Shown here: one piece after another, positions 45,201-54,400 of the stretch | Numbering within the stretch: the stretch's first letter is position 1 | Layout: the number at the start of each line of letters is the position of its first letter | NCBI GenBank assembly: GCA_965644315.1 | Contig: CBFFRQ010000068.1 | Location: 310,001-374,000, forward strand | From: Caecitellus pseudoparvulus | Taxonomy: Eukaryota > Protista > Bigyra: Bicosoecida | Reading direction: 5' to 3' | Length of the DNA: 64,000 bases | Program-made: the position numbers and the translations under genes | The notes under the pieces: model-generated | Seen by the model: the letters and a program-made list of their open reading frames with translations, nothing else | The model's database searches: none | Told to the model about the DNA's origin: nothing

Positions 45201-45714
45201 CGTGGTGCATGGCGAAGCGGCTGTGGATGCCCGCCTAGTGCTGGAACACTTCACGGGCGTGCCTGTGGCGGGTGCGGCAGGGTTGGGCACTGCGGACGCC
45301 TTCGGGCCTGCCGCGCAGGACGCTTCCTTGCGCTCCTTTGCGCAAGACCTGCTGCGGGGGGGTGTAGATGCAACCAGTCGTGGACAGGGGCCAGTGGACA
45401 GCAGTGCAGGGTATGCAGTGCGGCGCCGCCCCCAGTGTGGCGTGGACATGGCCCGCGCCACGGGCCGCAGTGGGCATGCGGGGCCACCGTGCACACTCCC
45501 GGAACACACCGCTGCCGTGGCACCTGGCGCGGCGGAGGGGGTGGATGCAGGCGTGTGCATACAGCGTGAGGAGCACGGCGTGGTGGGCCAGGCGCCAGGG
45601 GCCCCCTCAGGACACCCTGCGCGGTCGGTGCGGGGAGGGTACATGGCCCGCGCAGCAACAGGACGTGGCCACCGCCCCGGCTCCCCGCCACTGTGGGCCT
45701 TCGCTGGAGAGTAG
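42220..45714 (+). CDS. Long low-complexity protein, probably the continuation of the PG-rich gene
   Basis: 1164-codon ORF with similar short motifs (AFGSSAPR, WRFGGP, EFGSGPGR, DMARATGR, YMARAATGR). No clean splice junction to the upstream ORF was found. Confidence 0.45.
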   Translation: MARAAQHTVTLSDSELPGRENSGAVHPMQRVEGATRHAVAAASAASRADDVIRSAGAEPPPASAHRTRLAAPKPHANAMRHDDYGVADGRKVPGDSARAQGLVFRSRLRAAGDARGPVASGGQSARVAAEARGGGAEAVPKGRRADLNFAKAGPRWADGRPVPAWRPSWTYKKPPQPSPAASPPRTKVVYATGERQSGAAWEEQDGKVQDDPSPDEGGGLDTSRGGLRRALQHAVRAFVTGLGLGGDPEHRPPPWLNSVLDEADLEPAHVHMPAEPLEHACEVCRVGTNPCAHSSTTERLLDPHGTEARLALSQEVVLLTPVEYWAGVQGDWEAVPAAQATAWGDLRVVAAASAPQWVHLLQAMTADIRACVRRHADATEGVGACDTAKVVPAYPYIAPKEPRTDVESAAPDDSRHPTQARDSPPRPRVHLGSTPSDAFAQAMATASRIGDIGRTQAATKAARVKKGRVRARQRATKASVAMRADTPDGGSASTSLQTPYNLGKHAVGRPAAAFGSSAPRLQGRVPGGVTAQTGPWEEVVVVRRRSRPFPKPQRAEPVLGSEDEDSDASGGCKSDEEEGGVGHPPHSPSSSPPRSTTGNGEVEPAHAGPLPSHAGPWSERRVGGYTVQERLLAQHDHPDGGVVQVLLSRRPARRGGGPMSAGGASPTRPRQGKGVVRWGVSRGGQTPPSPPSTAWADVVDVATTGVRQPPSATPSTATAQRLVWVDEASFLDAAEAVGAALLRGRRPPSTPAWEAIQTAQAWQEAQRRQAPLHPAAAVHGKDTPALQRGGRGGVVMAPPSKEAAAAAARRQAAQAAAEGQRQANPATLHAGAGGLPHRGISGDVSPATKHAFGRTLPPGAPGPGPLPPPTAAEESGDASPPHGPDMVLLDMAVHEQFGGGRRAPAWRFGGPLGPTPPPRLVDADQGGEAVLPLGALQEALALAQALVQAPGPAAPLPSPALDRPDRMRPRAAEFGSGPGRGLVDDGVSQTLADAVVHGEAAVDARLVLEHFTGVPVAGAAGLGTADAFGPAAQDASLRSFAQDLLRGGVDATSRGQGPVDSSAGYAVRRRPQCGVDMARATGRSGHAGPPCTLPEHTAAVAPGAAEGVDAGVCIQREEHGVVGQAPGAPSGHPARSVRGGYMARAATGRGHRPGSPPLWAFAGE

Positions 45715-45820
45715 CGCCGCAACGCCTGCATCCAGTGTCTTCTGGCTCCTTCGTTCCCCCATCCGTGGTGTTGATGGTGGTGGGCCCCACCTCCACGGCG
45801 CCGGCGCTGGAGCTGGCGTG

Positions 45821-46272
45821 ATGGCATTCTGGCCCCGCTACGAGCGGGAAATCGACGGCGCCGCCATGCTCTGGGGCATGCAGGCCGCCATGAACACCTG
45901 CCAGGCTCGGCTTCACACCATGGATCGGATCATAGAGGTTCGCACGTGGCTCCTGAGGAGGGTCTGACTTGCGAGCAAGCCATCCCATTGACAGCACGCC
46001 TCGTCTTGCAGGAGTTCAACTATGGTGTCGTCATCCCCCTCGCTTTGCGTCAGAGTCAGACCTTGCTGGTGCGTCTCGTTCACGTTGATCAGCATGTTAT
46101 CGAGTATGTTTGCGTGACAGGCAAGGAGCCCAGCCAGCGCATGTCTGGTTGCGTGGGACATCACCCTGAGAAGGCCATTTTTCCAGGTGTCAGCCCCAAC
46201 CCCTTCATCGCGAGCATTGATGACTGCTTTGCGCAGAGGGCACTGAGCAGCAATGACAACGTCCTTGCTTGA
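45821..46272 (+). CDS. Short spliced ORF or 3' exons of the upstream gene; function unknown
   Basis: GC3-rich MAFWPRYEREIDGAAMLWGMQAAMNTCQARLHTMDRIIE, then GTTCGC...TTGCAG (45938-46011), then EFNYGVVIPLAL... in phase. It overlaps the next gene in antisense. Confidence 0.35.
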
Positions 46273-46882
46273 GGATGACAGCGTCTTTCGAGAGGAGCTT
46301 GCCTTCTGCTCATTCTCTACGAGTTCAAGTCTCTCCAACATCACCAGCAACATCTCCAAACGAGTGGACTCGCTCAGTTCACTTCCTGTGCAAGGGAACG
46401 AAGATATACGCGCGCCAGCTCAGCTTATCAGCTCAGCCTTGGGAGTGGGTGGCAGTTGTGGTTGCCTCAGCCGGCAAATGCAGCGCCTACCCTCTTCTGG
46501 AGCAGGAAACCCCAACTTCTTGCACAGAATTTTCGTGATGCGCCTGTTGTGTGCGGTAGATGCTGTGGAGTGGGGTGGGGGCAAGCATGGTTGCAAGACC
46601 AAGGATGCGGCTTTTGAATGGGATTGAGCAAGACATACATGATGGCTCCATGGCTGAGCAGTTGCTTCTCAAGGCTTTTGCGTGAACAGGAAATGCACTG
46701 GCACTTGTCTCAAGAGTTATTGCGCGCAGTGTGGTGATAGTGTCACGTTCTGTCTGTGGTGCGCCGTGTTGGTTTTGAAGGGTCAACGATTTCCGCAACT
46801 CGGGCTTGCCTTCGATTGACTGGGCGTCTGGCGGACAAAACCTATTGAATTTCGAGCTGCTTGCTGCTACAACTATTCTCAT
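45913..46882 (-). CDS. Three-exon orphan gene divergent from the transposase (candidate element accessory protein)
   Basis: Exons 46882-46639, 46562-46491 and 46385-45913. Introns 46563-46638 (GTATGT..CCACAG) and 46386-46490 (GTAGGC..TTGCACAG) are both phase 1 and join three separate ORF-track frames into one ORF (..AMEPSSSTAHNRRITKILCKKLGFPAPEEGSELSESTRLEMLL..). The 3' end is uncertain. Confidence 0.6.
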
Positions 46883-46983
46883 AAAACCTCTGCAGCTTTT
46901 CCGTCCGTCGTTCCTCTACTCAGTGCTACTTTATCTCGTATTGCGGGTTCGACAACGCACTTCGCGGCCCTTCCGAACTGACT
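46883..46983. promoter_or_regulatory. Probable bidirectional promoter between the orphan gene and the transposase
   Basis: 101-nt pyrimidine/AT-richer spacer between the divergent ATGs at 46882 and 46984. Confidence 0.4.
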
Positions 46984-49900
46984 ATGGCTCATTCACACCT
47001 TCACGCCGAGAAGCCCCACAAGTGCGCGACTTGTAAGCGTGTTTTCAAGCGAGTATCAGACCGCAATCAGCATCTCAAGCGTAGCAGGGCGTGTCGGGCA
47101 GAGGCGGCTCGTCAACTGAGGGCATGGCTCCAACCATGCCCACTGGCTCAAGAAGGACGGGATGATGGGGGTACCAGGGCGGGGGCTGACGACACTGAGA
47201 GCCTGTCTTTCACTGATACAATTATCGACCCGACACAGTTCTTTCCTGATCTGGTGTCGCAGACAGGGGCGGGGGCCGCGTCAAGTCGGAGCCTTCCTTG
47301 CAGAGAAGGAAGTGGCTCCGACACCTCGTGGGAAGAGTTGGAAGGGGAGGAGGTAAGTGAAAGCGACGAAGGTGAGCCGGCCTTGTTCACAGGCAGGTAC
47401 CTACATACGGAGGGGGAGGCGCAAGATGCTTCAGTTGGTCGACAGCATGCCCAGGGCGTGTCAGTGTTTGACGGAGTTGGACCCCCACCCCTCTCGACAA
47501 CGCGCCCGACGGTCCCATCCAACCTGAACATGAACGCGGTAAGATGCATCCGGGAGGTTGCTGAGGCCAGGGCGTGCTTCCCTCGGGAGGATGCGGAAAA
47601 GTTTGAATTTCTTGTGAGGGTGTATCGCACCGGGCTGTCGGCTGCGAGTGCGTTTGCCATCGCTCGTGACCAGTGGGCAAAAGATGTTCACAGATTTGGC
47701 AGGGAAGGAGAGCCTGGATGCAGAACGTCTAGGCCTATCAAACCACTAGACCTCTTGGCCGATTTCCGACACAGGGCAGCATCAGATCCAGGAGTGCTGC
47801 CCTTGTGCGCTCACAAGGTTCCAATGCCCATGGGCCTTCTCACAGGCGACAGAAGTCTGGGGCATCTCACCCTGTATGGCACAAGTATCGTCGACGCAGC
47901 GATTAATATGCTAGCCCGACTGGACCCCCTGCGGCTCCTGCCCAATATTGGGTCTGGAGAATGGGCGGATCCCGTCCTAACCCCAGGGGTCGACGTTGAA
48001 ATGGGGGCAACACTCGCAGGTGAGGTCTCCGCCGCTTGGACACAGTCTGATGCCATAAGCCAAGCTGCCTTTGACACTCAGTGCAGGCAGCGATCCAGTG
48101 CTGGTCGTTGCGAGCCTCCACCCCCACCTCTATCGACGCCCATGCTCCGAAAGCCGGCGGTGCAGGGTGGGAGACTGCAAGGCCTTGTCATGGCTGGCGT
48201 GCAGGCTTCTTCCCCCTCCACACTCTCCGAGTTCCAAGGGGGGGAATGCGCGCGGCAGAGCTTGGCACTTACCCTCCCACACGGTGCCCTCCCCTTAGTC
48301 CTCAGTCTTTTCCTCGACGGAGCCAGCGCCGGACGGCATGGGGCACACGAGCTGACACCGCTCAGCGTTCGATGCCTTCAGTTGCCGACCAAAGAGGCGA
48401 GAGGGGTCGCATCAGCCAGTCTGCTTGCCATGCTCCCGTCATTCCAAGCCATGACTGTGGCGTCGAAGGCTGTCGAGAGAGGGGGGGCATCAGCAGCTCT
48501 CGTTAGACATCGGGCATTTCAGAACACCTTGGAAGCCATTGTCTTCAAGCCCTTGGCAAACATCTGGGCTTCCGGGGGTTTGGCCGTCCCTGTTCCTCAC
48601 GAAGCCATACAGAGTCTCCAATCGATTGGGGTTAAGGTGACTGTGGTCCGCCACGCAGGAAAGAGCGTGCCGTATGCCCGAGTCTTGCCCGTCATCGGAC
48701 TCCTAAGCTTGGACATGAAGGAAGCCTGGAGGGTCTTCAACCTGCTATCATTGTCTCAGGTGGCCTGTAGATGTAAACCGAAGCAGGCAGGGACACCAAC
48801 GGACTTGGGAGTGTCTGCATCTGTCCATTTGCGCACGCGGTGCCGGCTACGTGGAGGCCAAGAGCACCTCCTTGCACTACGAGGATCACAAGGGCAAGAG
48901 CCCGGACAGGACGTCGACCAGGTTCTGGGTGGGCGGAAGTTCCCAAGTGACGTGTGTGCGGCCGAGCGATACGCGTGGATGTTCGCTGGGGAAAACCCGT
49001 ACGTCGCGCGCCCTCCTGACCGCTTGCACGTCTTTGCGGCAACTATTGCGGGCGATCAAGTCTGGAAGCACTTGCAGGCAGCGATGAGGGCTCGCCCAGC
49101 ACGGTCTGCTCGGCCATTAAAAGAACGACAAGACGTTTTGCACCAACGTCTTCGAAGCACGTGGTCCCAGGAGGTCGACGGGACGAAGCTTACAGGGGCT
49201 CTCCAGTCCACTCTCCATAGACTACTCTCTGGCGCAATGTTGAGCATAGAGCAGAGACTTGGAATACTGCCCCACCTGGCCTGGATCATTGGGAACGACA
49301 ACTCCGTTATTCCTAGCGTTGAAGTGCGACAGCTCTTTCAGTTGCTTCTTGGCACAATCGAGGTCGTGTGTCACTTCCTGTATGTGCGGCCTGTGTCTGC
49401 ACCAGGTGACCCATGTCGCATCTCTCAGTGGCTTGCGAGACTGAACACTGTGTACAGTTTGCTGGCAGCACACGTCGCTCGCCGATCCCTGAAGCGAATG
49501 AGGCCCGGGTTCAGCAGTCAAGGGGCGCATGCTGGCCTTCAGATGTCAACGAATGCTGCCCCACCAGACCCCCAGAGCGTGGACTACCCCAAGGCACACG
49601 AGAGTCTACACTTTGGAAGTGCATTGTGGTGGTTTGGGTCCCTAGAAGCTACAGATGCTGATGTCGGCGAATCATTCCACACCGTGGTCAAGGGGGCATG
49701 GCGAAGCCTCAACACTGGTAAGTCCAATCTACTCCAGCGGGTCGCCGAGCGAGTACTCTTCATCACCTGGCACAGCAGTTTTGACCTCCAGCCGACGTCA
49801 TTCGAACGACGCGCTTCTGAATGGCACACAAGGTGCCTCTCTTGGCGCGCAGCGTGTGTCCTAAACCCAGATGGAGTTGCGTACTCAACCCTGGCAACCC

Positions 49901-50550
49901 CCGTGAGATCTCGACGATTGACGTCGAGCGAAGGAAACCTCTTTTCCCGCGTACCTGGCGGTGCCATCCAACCATTCAGTGCTTGGGCTGGCAAACATGT
50001 CTTCTTTTCCCAGTCTTTAGGCTTGTCTGTGAGGCTTCCAGCTGGGACACTTGTTGGGCCCGAGCCCCTCCCACAAGGCAAAATACTGCAGATCTTCACC
50101 AAAGTGAGGTTGCGTTTCCCATCAGGAAACACCAACATGATCTCCCTTCCAGCCTACCTCGACACCGTCGTGGAAACTCCTTTCGAGGGACAGGACCGGC
50201 GAGCTTTGAGCCCAATATTGGCGGTCCTGTGCTTCGCCCCTGCACCGCCTACAGTGGCCACAGCCTCCGGAACACCAACACCGGATCTTGACAACGGTGA
50301 AGTGTACATACTGTATACGGACCTGAGACCGACAGTCACAGATGTTTCGGGGTGGGCACGAGTAGCGAAACCGGATGAAGGCAGCCGCGTGGCACTCATG
50401 AACTGCACAAGCATTCGTGGGGAGTCGGTGGTTGCATTGCGGCCGTCCTTACTTCAAGAAGAGGATGCCACATATTTGCACCACTGGCTTCAAGCCGGAC
50501 TGGCCGGCAAGCAACGCCAAACATCCCAGTCCAGGCGATGGAGACGATAA
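46984..50550 (+). CDS. C2H2 zinc finger + Plavaka-type DDE transposase, intact
   Basis: N-terminal KPHKCATCKRVFKRVSDRNQHLK zinc finger. Core motifs in Plavaka order: LSLFLDGAS..GAHELTPL..CLQLP..R..LLAMLP; LSLDMKEA; PPDRLH; YPKAHESLHF..LWWFGS..TDADVGESFH..VKGAWRSLN. The C-terminal beta-rich segment VALMNCTSIRG resembles Plavaka/CACTA tails. Confidence 0.8.
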   Translation: MAHSHLHAEKPHKCATCKRVFKRVSDRNQHLKRSRACRAEAARQLRAWLQPCPLAQEGRDDGGTRAGADDTESLSFTDTIIDPTQFFPDLVSQTGAGAASSRSLPCREGSGSDTSWEELEGEEVSESDEGEPALFTGRYLHTEGEAQDASVGRQHAQGVSVFDGVGPPPLSTTRPTVPSNLNMNAVRCIREVAEARACFPREDAEKFEFLVRVYRTGLSAASAFAIARDQWAKDVHRFGREGEPGCRTSRPIKPLDLLADFRHRAASDPGVLPLCAHKVPMPMGLLTGDRSLGHLTLYGTSIVDAAINMLARLDPLRLLPNIGSGEWADPVLTPGVDVEMGATLAGEVSAAWTQSDAISQAAFDTQCRQRSSAGRCEPPPPPLSTPMLRKPAVQGGRLQGLVMAGVQASSPSTLSEFQGGECARQSLALTLPHGALPLVLSLFLDGASAGRHGAHELTPLSVRCLQLPTKEARGVASASLLAMLPSFQAMTVASKAVERGGASAALVRHRAFQNTLEAIVFKPLANIWASGGLAVPVPHEAIQSLQSIGVKVTVVRHAGKSVPYARVLPVIGLLSLDMKEAWRVFNLLSLSQVACRCKPKQAGTPTDLGVSASVHLRTRCRLRGGQEHLLALRGSQGQEPGQDVDQVLGGRKFPSDVCAAERYAWMFAGENPYVARPPDRLHVFAATIAGDQVWKHLQAAMRARPARSARPLKERQDVLHQRLRSTWSQEVDGTKLTGALQSTLHRLLSGAMLSIEQRLGILPHLAWIIGNDNSVIPSVEVRQLFQLLLGTIEVVCHFLYVRPVSAPGDPCRISQWLARLNTVYSLLAAHVARRSLKRMRPGFSSQGAHAGLQMSTNAAPPDPQSVDYPKAHESLHFGSALWWFGSLEATDADVGESFHTVVKGAWRSLNTGKSNLLQRVAERVLFITWHSSFDLQPTSFERRASEWHTRCLSWRAACVLNPDGVAYSTLATPVRSRRLTSSEGNLFSRVPGGAIQPFSAWAGKHVFFSQSLGLSVRLPAGTLVGPEPLPQGKILQIFTKVRLRFPSGNTNMISLPAYLDTVVETPFEGQDRRALSPILAVLCFAPAPPTVATASGTPTPDLDNGEVYILYTDLRPTVTDVSGWARVAKPDEGSRVALMNCTSIRGESVVALRPSLLQEEDATYLHHWLQAGLAGKQRQTSQSRRWRR

Positions 50551-50700
50551 GCCGGGGCACTTCAAGTCTCAAGGCGGCGGACCAGTGTCCAACCCACGAA
50601 CAACACCTTACAGGTGGGGATAGAACTTGTCGCAATGGTATACAGAGTTGTAAGACGCAGTTGAAACAGCGCCATGGCTCACTTCCTGACGGGGTCACCC

Positions 50701-50745
50701 CACTCGAGACCACCTCGAGACACTCAGAGCAGACCAGACTCGAGC
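50701..50745. repeat. Short imperfect ~10-nt repeats containing three CTCGAG palindromes
   Basis: CACTCGAGAC CACCTCGAGA CACTCAGAGC AGACCAGACT CGAG, about 150 nt after the transposase stop. Confidence 0.6.
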
Positions 50746-51432
50746 CTCTGCAGGGGCACCATGAAGCGGGAGAGGCGAACACGGCTCATACTGCCAGAAA
50801 GCGCGTGAAACCATCCAGGAGGTTATGAGAGTCCATGTGGAGCTTGCTAGCATGCCCTCCGTAGCGCGCAGCTCAAACCCTGTACATGGGCTGGCGCAAC
50901 AGAGCGTGAGGGTCGACATACACCCCCCAGAAACATGACGGCTCCCCCTCCAGAAAGCAGTTTCGCCACCTCACCCTCTCGCACCCAGACATCGGTGCAG
51001 CTGCGCTGGAACGCTAATGCGAAGCCAAATCTCATGCACTCTGCAGGTTACCCGCCCTGCTGAAGATAAGCAGGGAATACATCTGATTACGCAGCCCCCT
51101 AGTGTGCACCTCGCGTGGAGTGTGGTTGGCGGAAGTGCTGCCTGCACTCCTCCGACGGGAGGGAAACCCACACACGCGCTGTCCCTCACACAGCAGCTGC
51201 GGTGAGATCTCCGCGCATACCAGCGCAGCAAGTGAGTCAAGCTGCACTCCAGTATCTCTGCTGCCATCCATGCTCGTTGACAGCGCCCACCCTGCCAAGG
51301 ATCGCTGCTTCTGCAGCCTTGCACTCCGCCCCCCCACACACACCTTCGACACGCCGCCCCCTCCCGCCAGCTTGCGGCATACGCGAGGCCCTTAGAGCAC
51401 TCCACGCCAGGACTTGATTCCCGTTTTTCGCA

Positions 51433-54400
51433 ATGCCCACTGCTCTGGCACTCTTGCATCGTGATTGGGCCCCGCGCGCCCCCCGAGTGCGGCTTCCATG
51501 CTCCGCGTTGGCTGTGGCTCTGATGGCCGTCACAGGGTTTGCGTGTGTGGCAGGTGAGGCCCCAGGGAGCCCCGCCCAGCACCGTGCCCACAGCAGGCAG
51601 CACGCCCAAGGGGGTGAATATCGTGGGCTGCCAAGTCTGGGCTTGACAGCGACGCCTGCGGCACGGCAGCACTTGCGCCACGGGCGCCGTCTCGCCTCAG
51701 CACAGGCCACGCAAGTGTCAGCTGGCGGCGGCCACACATGCACAATGCTGCAGGGCGGGAACATCATGTGTTGGGGGAGCTCTGTGTATGGGCAGCTTGG
51801 CTATGGCAACACTGAGAAGATCGGGGACGACGAACACCCATGGGCTGCAGGCACCGTGCCGCTGGGGAACGGGCGGGCAGTCGCCAACATCTCCACTGGC
51901 GGCCAGCACACGTGTGCACTGCTGACTGATGGCAGCATCATGTGCTGGGGCCGGGGTGCCGATGGCCGCCTCGGCTACGGCAACACAGCCAACATTGGCG
52001 ATGACGAGCTGGCATCCAGCGCAGGCACAGTGCAACTGGGGGCCGGGCGCACAGCCATCCAGGTATCAGCTGGTGAGCGGCACACGTGTGCTGTACTCAC
52101 GATGGGGGAAGTGATGTGCTGGGGCAGCAACCAGCGCGGTCAGCTGGGCTATGCCAATACCAACAACATCGGAGACAAGGAGCACCCCGAAGCAGCTGGG
52201 CCCGTGCAGTTGGGAGACGGGCGGCGAGCGATGCAAGTGGCAGCTGGCTCGACGCACACATGTGTGCTGCTGACAGACGGAAACATCATGTGCTGGGGGC
52301 AGGGAGATGGTGGCCGCCTGGGGTACGCCAACACGAACACGGTGGGCGATGACGAGCACCCAGCTGTGGCTGGCACGGTGCAGCTGGGTGCTGGGCGGCT
52401 CGGGGTGCAAGTCGTCGCCGGCAGCACGCACTCGTGTGTGCTGCTGATGGATGGAAGCGTCATGTGCTGGGGCCGGGGCGCTGAGGGCCAGCTTGGCTAC
52501 ACGAACACGAGCAATGTGGGGGTCCTTCGCCACCCCGCAGAGGTCGGCACCGTGCAACTCGGGCAGGGGCGCCGAGCTGCCTACATCTCCGCCAGCGGCT
52601 ACCACACATGCGTCGTGCTGACTGTCGGTGATGTCATGTGCTGGGGGGTCGGCCACGATGGCCAGCTGGGCTACGGCAACACCGCCAACGTTGGCGACGA
52701 CGAGCTGCCGTCCAGCGCAGGCACAGTGCAAGTGGGGGCCGGGCGCACAGCTGCCCTGGTCACCGCGAACGTGTATCATACGTGTGCGCTGCTGGTGGGG
52801 GAAGGCATCATGTGCTGGGGGCATGGCGGCTTCGGCAGCCTGGGCTATGCCCGCGTGCGCGGGCACGTCGGCGACGACGAACACCCGTTCACCACGGGAT
52901 TGGTGCAGCTCAACCAGCCCACCGCGCACCCAACCTGCACCTCGACCGCCACCAACACACAGTGCCCTTGGCTGTCGCCTCAAGCCTTCAGGTCTGTGTG
53001 GTCTGGCTCATGCTGGGCGTGGCGGCCACTGGGAAACACCAGCCTCTCCTTGTCCCCCCTGCAGCCCGCCTTTCCTGGCTCCGTCACGTGTCGTCATGGC
53101 TGCGACCATGCCGGCACGGCCCAGATCATGCCTTGTCCGCGCCAAGGCGCATGTCCAGTGTCGAGTTCCTTGGCGGGCATCACAGGCTGCGCGCCGGGCC
53201 ACACTGGGCCCGCATGTGGCATGTGTGCACCTGGCTGGGCAGCCACATCGCCCTGCACACCCTGCACGAAGTGCCCTGACACTGGTGTGTCGCCAGCAGG
53301 CGCGGCCATTGGCTTTGCCTTGGTGCAAGTTATCGTAGCCCTGGCGCTGGCGGTGTTCGCGCTGTTTCAGTACGCCAAGGCTCCTGAACAGCTGACAACC
53401 AGCCTGTTCACAGGCGGGCTGAGAACAATGCTCTGGTTCATTGGCATTTCTGCGCAGGTCGCCATCCTCGCTCCTTCAGGTCCAGACTCCCTCCAAGCGT
53501 CAGCACACTCCCTGCACCAGTGGGCAGGCGCATGCGAGCTGGCCAGGCCGTGGGCAGGCCAGTCCACGTCAAATTTGAACGGCACGCTGTACACTCGTGA
53601 TGCTGGCGCTGAATCAGCTGGCACAGGTGTTATGGCTGTGCTGTCTAGCATCACTGGATCCAGCAACTTTGCCAGCCTGCCATCTGTGGCCTGTGCTGCA
53701 GGTGGTGGCGACCCATCCAGTCCAGACAACGCTGGGAACCTGTTCCTGGTGGCGCTGGGCGCCTTCCTGCTCCTGGCATCCGCACTGACGCTGGGTCATA
53801 CTAAACCTGCAGCTGGCGCAACGCGTGGTGTGTGGTGCAGTGTGTTGCTGTTGCTTCCGGCAGCTGCATACGTCCGCCTGCTCCCAGCTCTGCTGCAGCT
53901 GCACGCCGAGTTGGTGGGGCTGCGGCCCCAGTATGAGGGTGTTTGCGATGCCAGCTCACCAGCTGGTATCGCTACCGCTGCACTGCCGTTCCTTATCCCG
54001 CTTGTGCTGCACATCTTGGCAGGCAGCGTGGGCTTCGTCGCCTTCATGGCTTGGCGTCAGTGGCGAGGAGCGGCCACCGCTGCATTGCGAGGCGCCACGG
54101 TGCGTGGCTTCCTGTCCAACGGCTACCGCATTCAGATGACACCAGAACAAGCTCGGAACCTTGTGACTCACGCAGGTGGCGACAAGAGCAGTGCCATCGC
54201 GGAGGCCGCTGTCGCTGAGGCTGAGCTAGCCCAGGCGGCATGCTGGGGCTTTGCGTGGCTGCTGCCCACACACACGTTTCTCGCGATGCAGACCACTCTC
54301 GTCGCTGTTGTGGCGTGCGTCACGTGGCTGACCACTGACATCATGCTCCGTCTGTGCATGGTGGGTGGCGTGGTGCTGGGTAGCCTGCTCCTCGTGCGGT

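Larger units (their letters stand above)
45913..51104. mobile_element. Putative Plavaka/CMC (CACTA-Mirage-Chapaev-related) DNA transposon; ends not defined
   Basis: Contains the transposase and the divergent orphan gene. By eye the GC is lower and the long G/C homopolymer runs of the flanking genes are absent. No TIR or TSD could be identified. Confidence 0.65.

Noticed and set aside
51055-51103. Helitron-like 3' end (hairpin then CTAG-T)
   Set aside because: There is no Rep/helicase ORF, the adjacent enzyme is DDE-type, and the 23-nt hairpin-to-CTAG spacing is longer than typical.
45000-51500. Terminal inverted repeats and target-site duplication for the transposon
   Set aside because: I checked CACTA/CACTG candidates by eye (45035, 45689, 46241, 46696 against 50586 and 51104) and none extended into a matching inverted pair.
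51712-52911. CRISPR-like or non-coding repeat array
   Set aside because: The units are in-frame 58-aa coding repeats with no repeat-spacer structure, and no cas genes are present.
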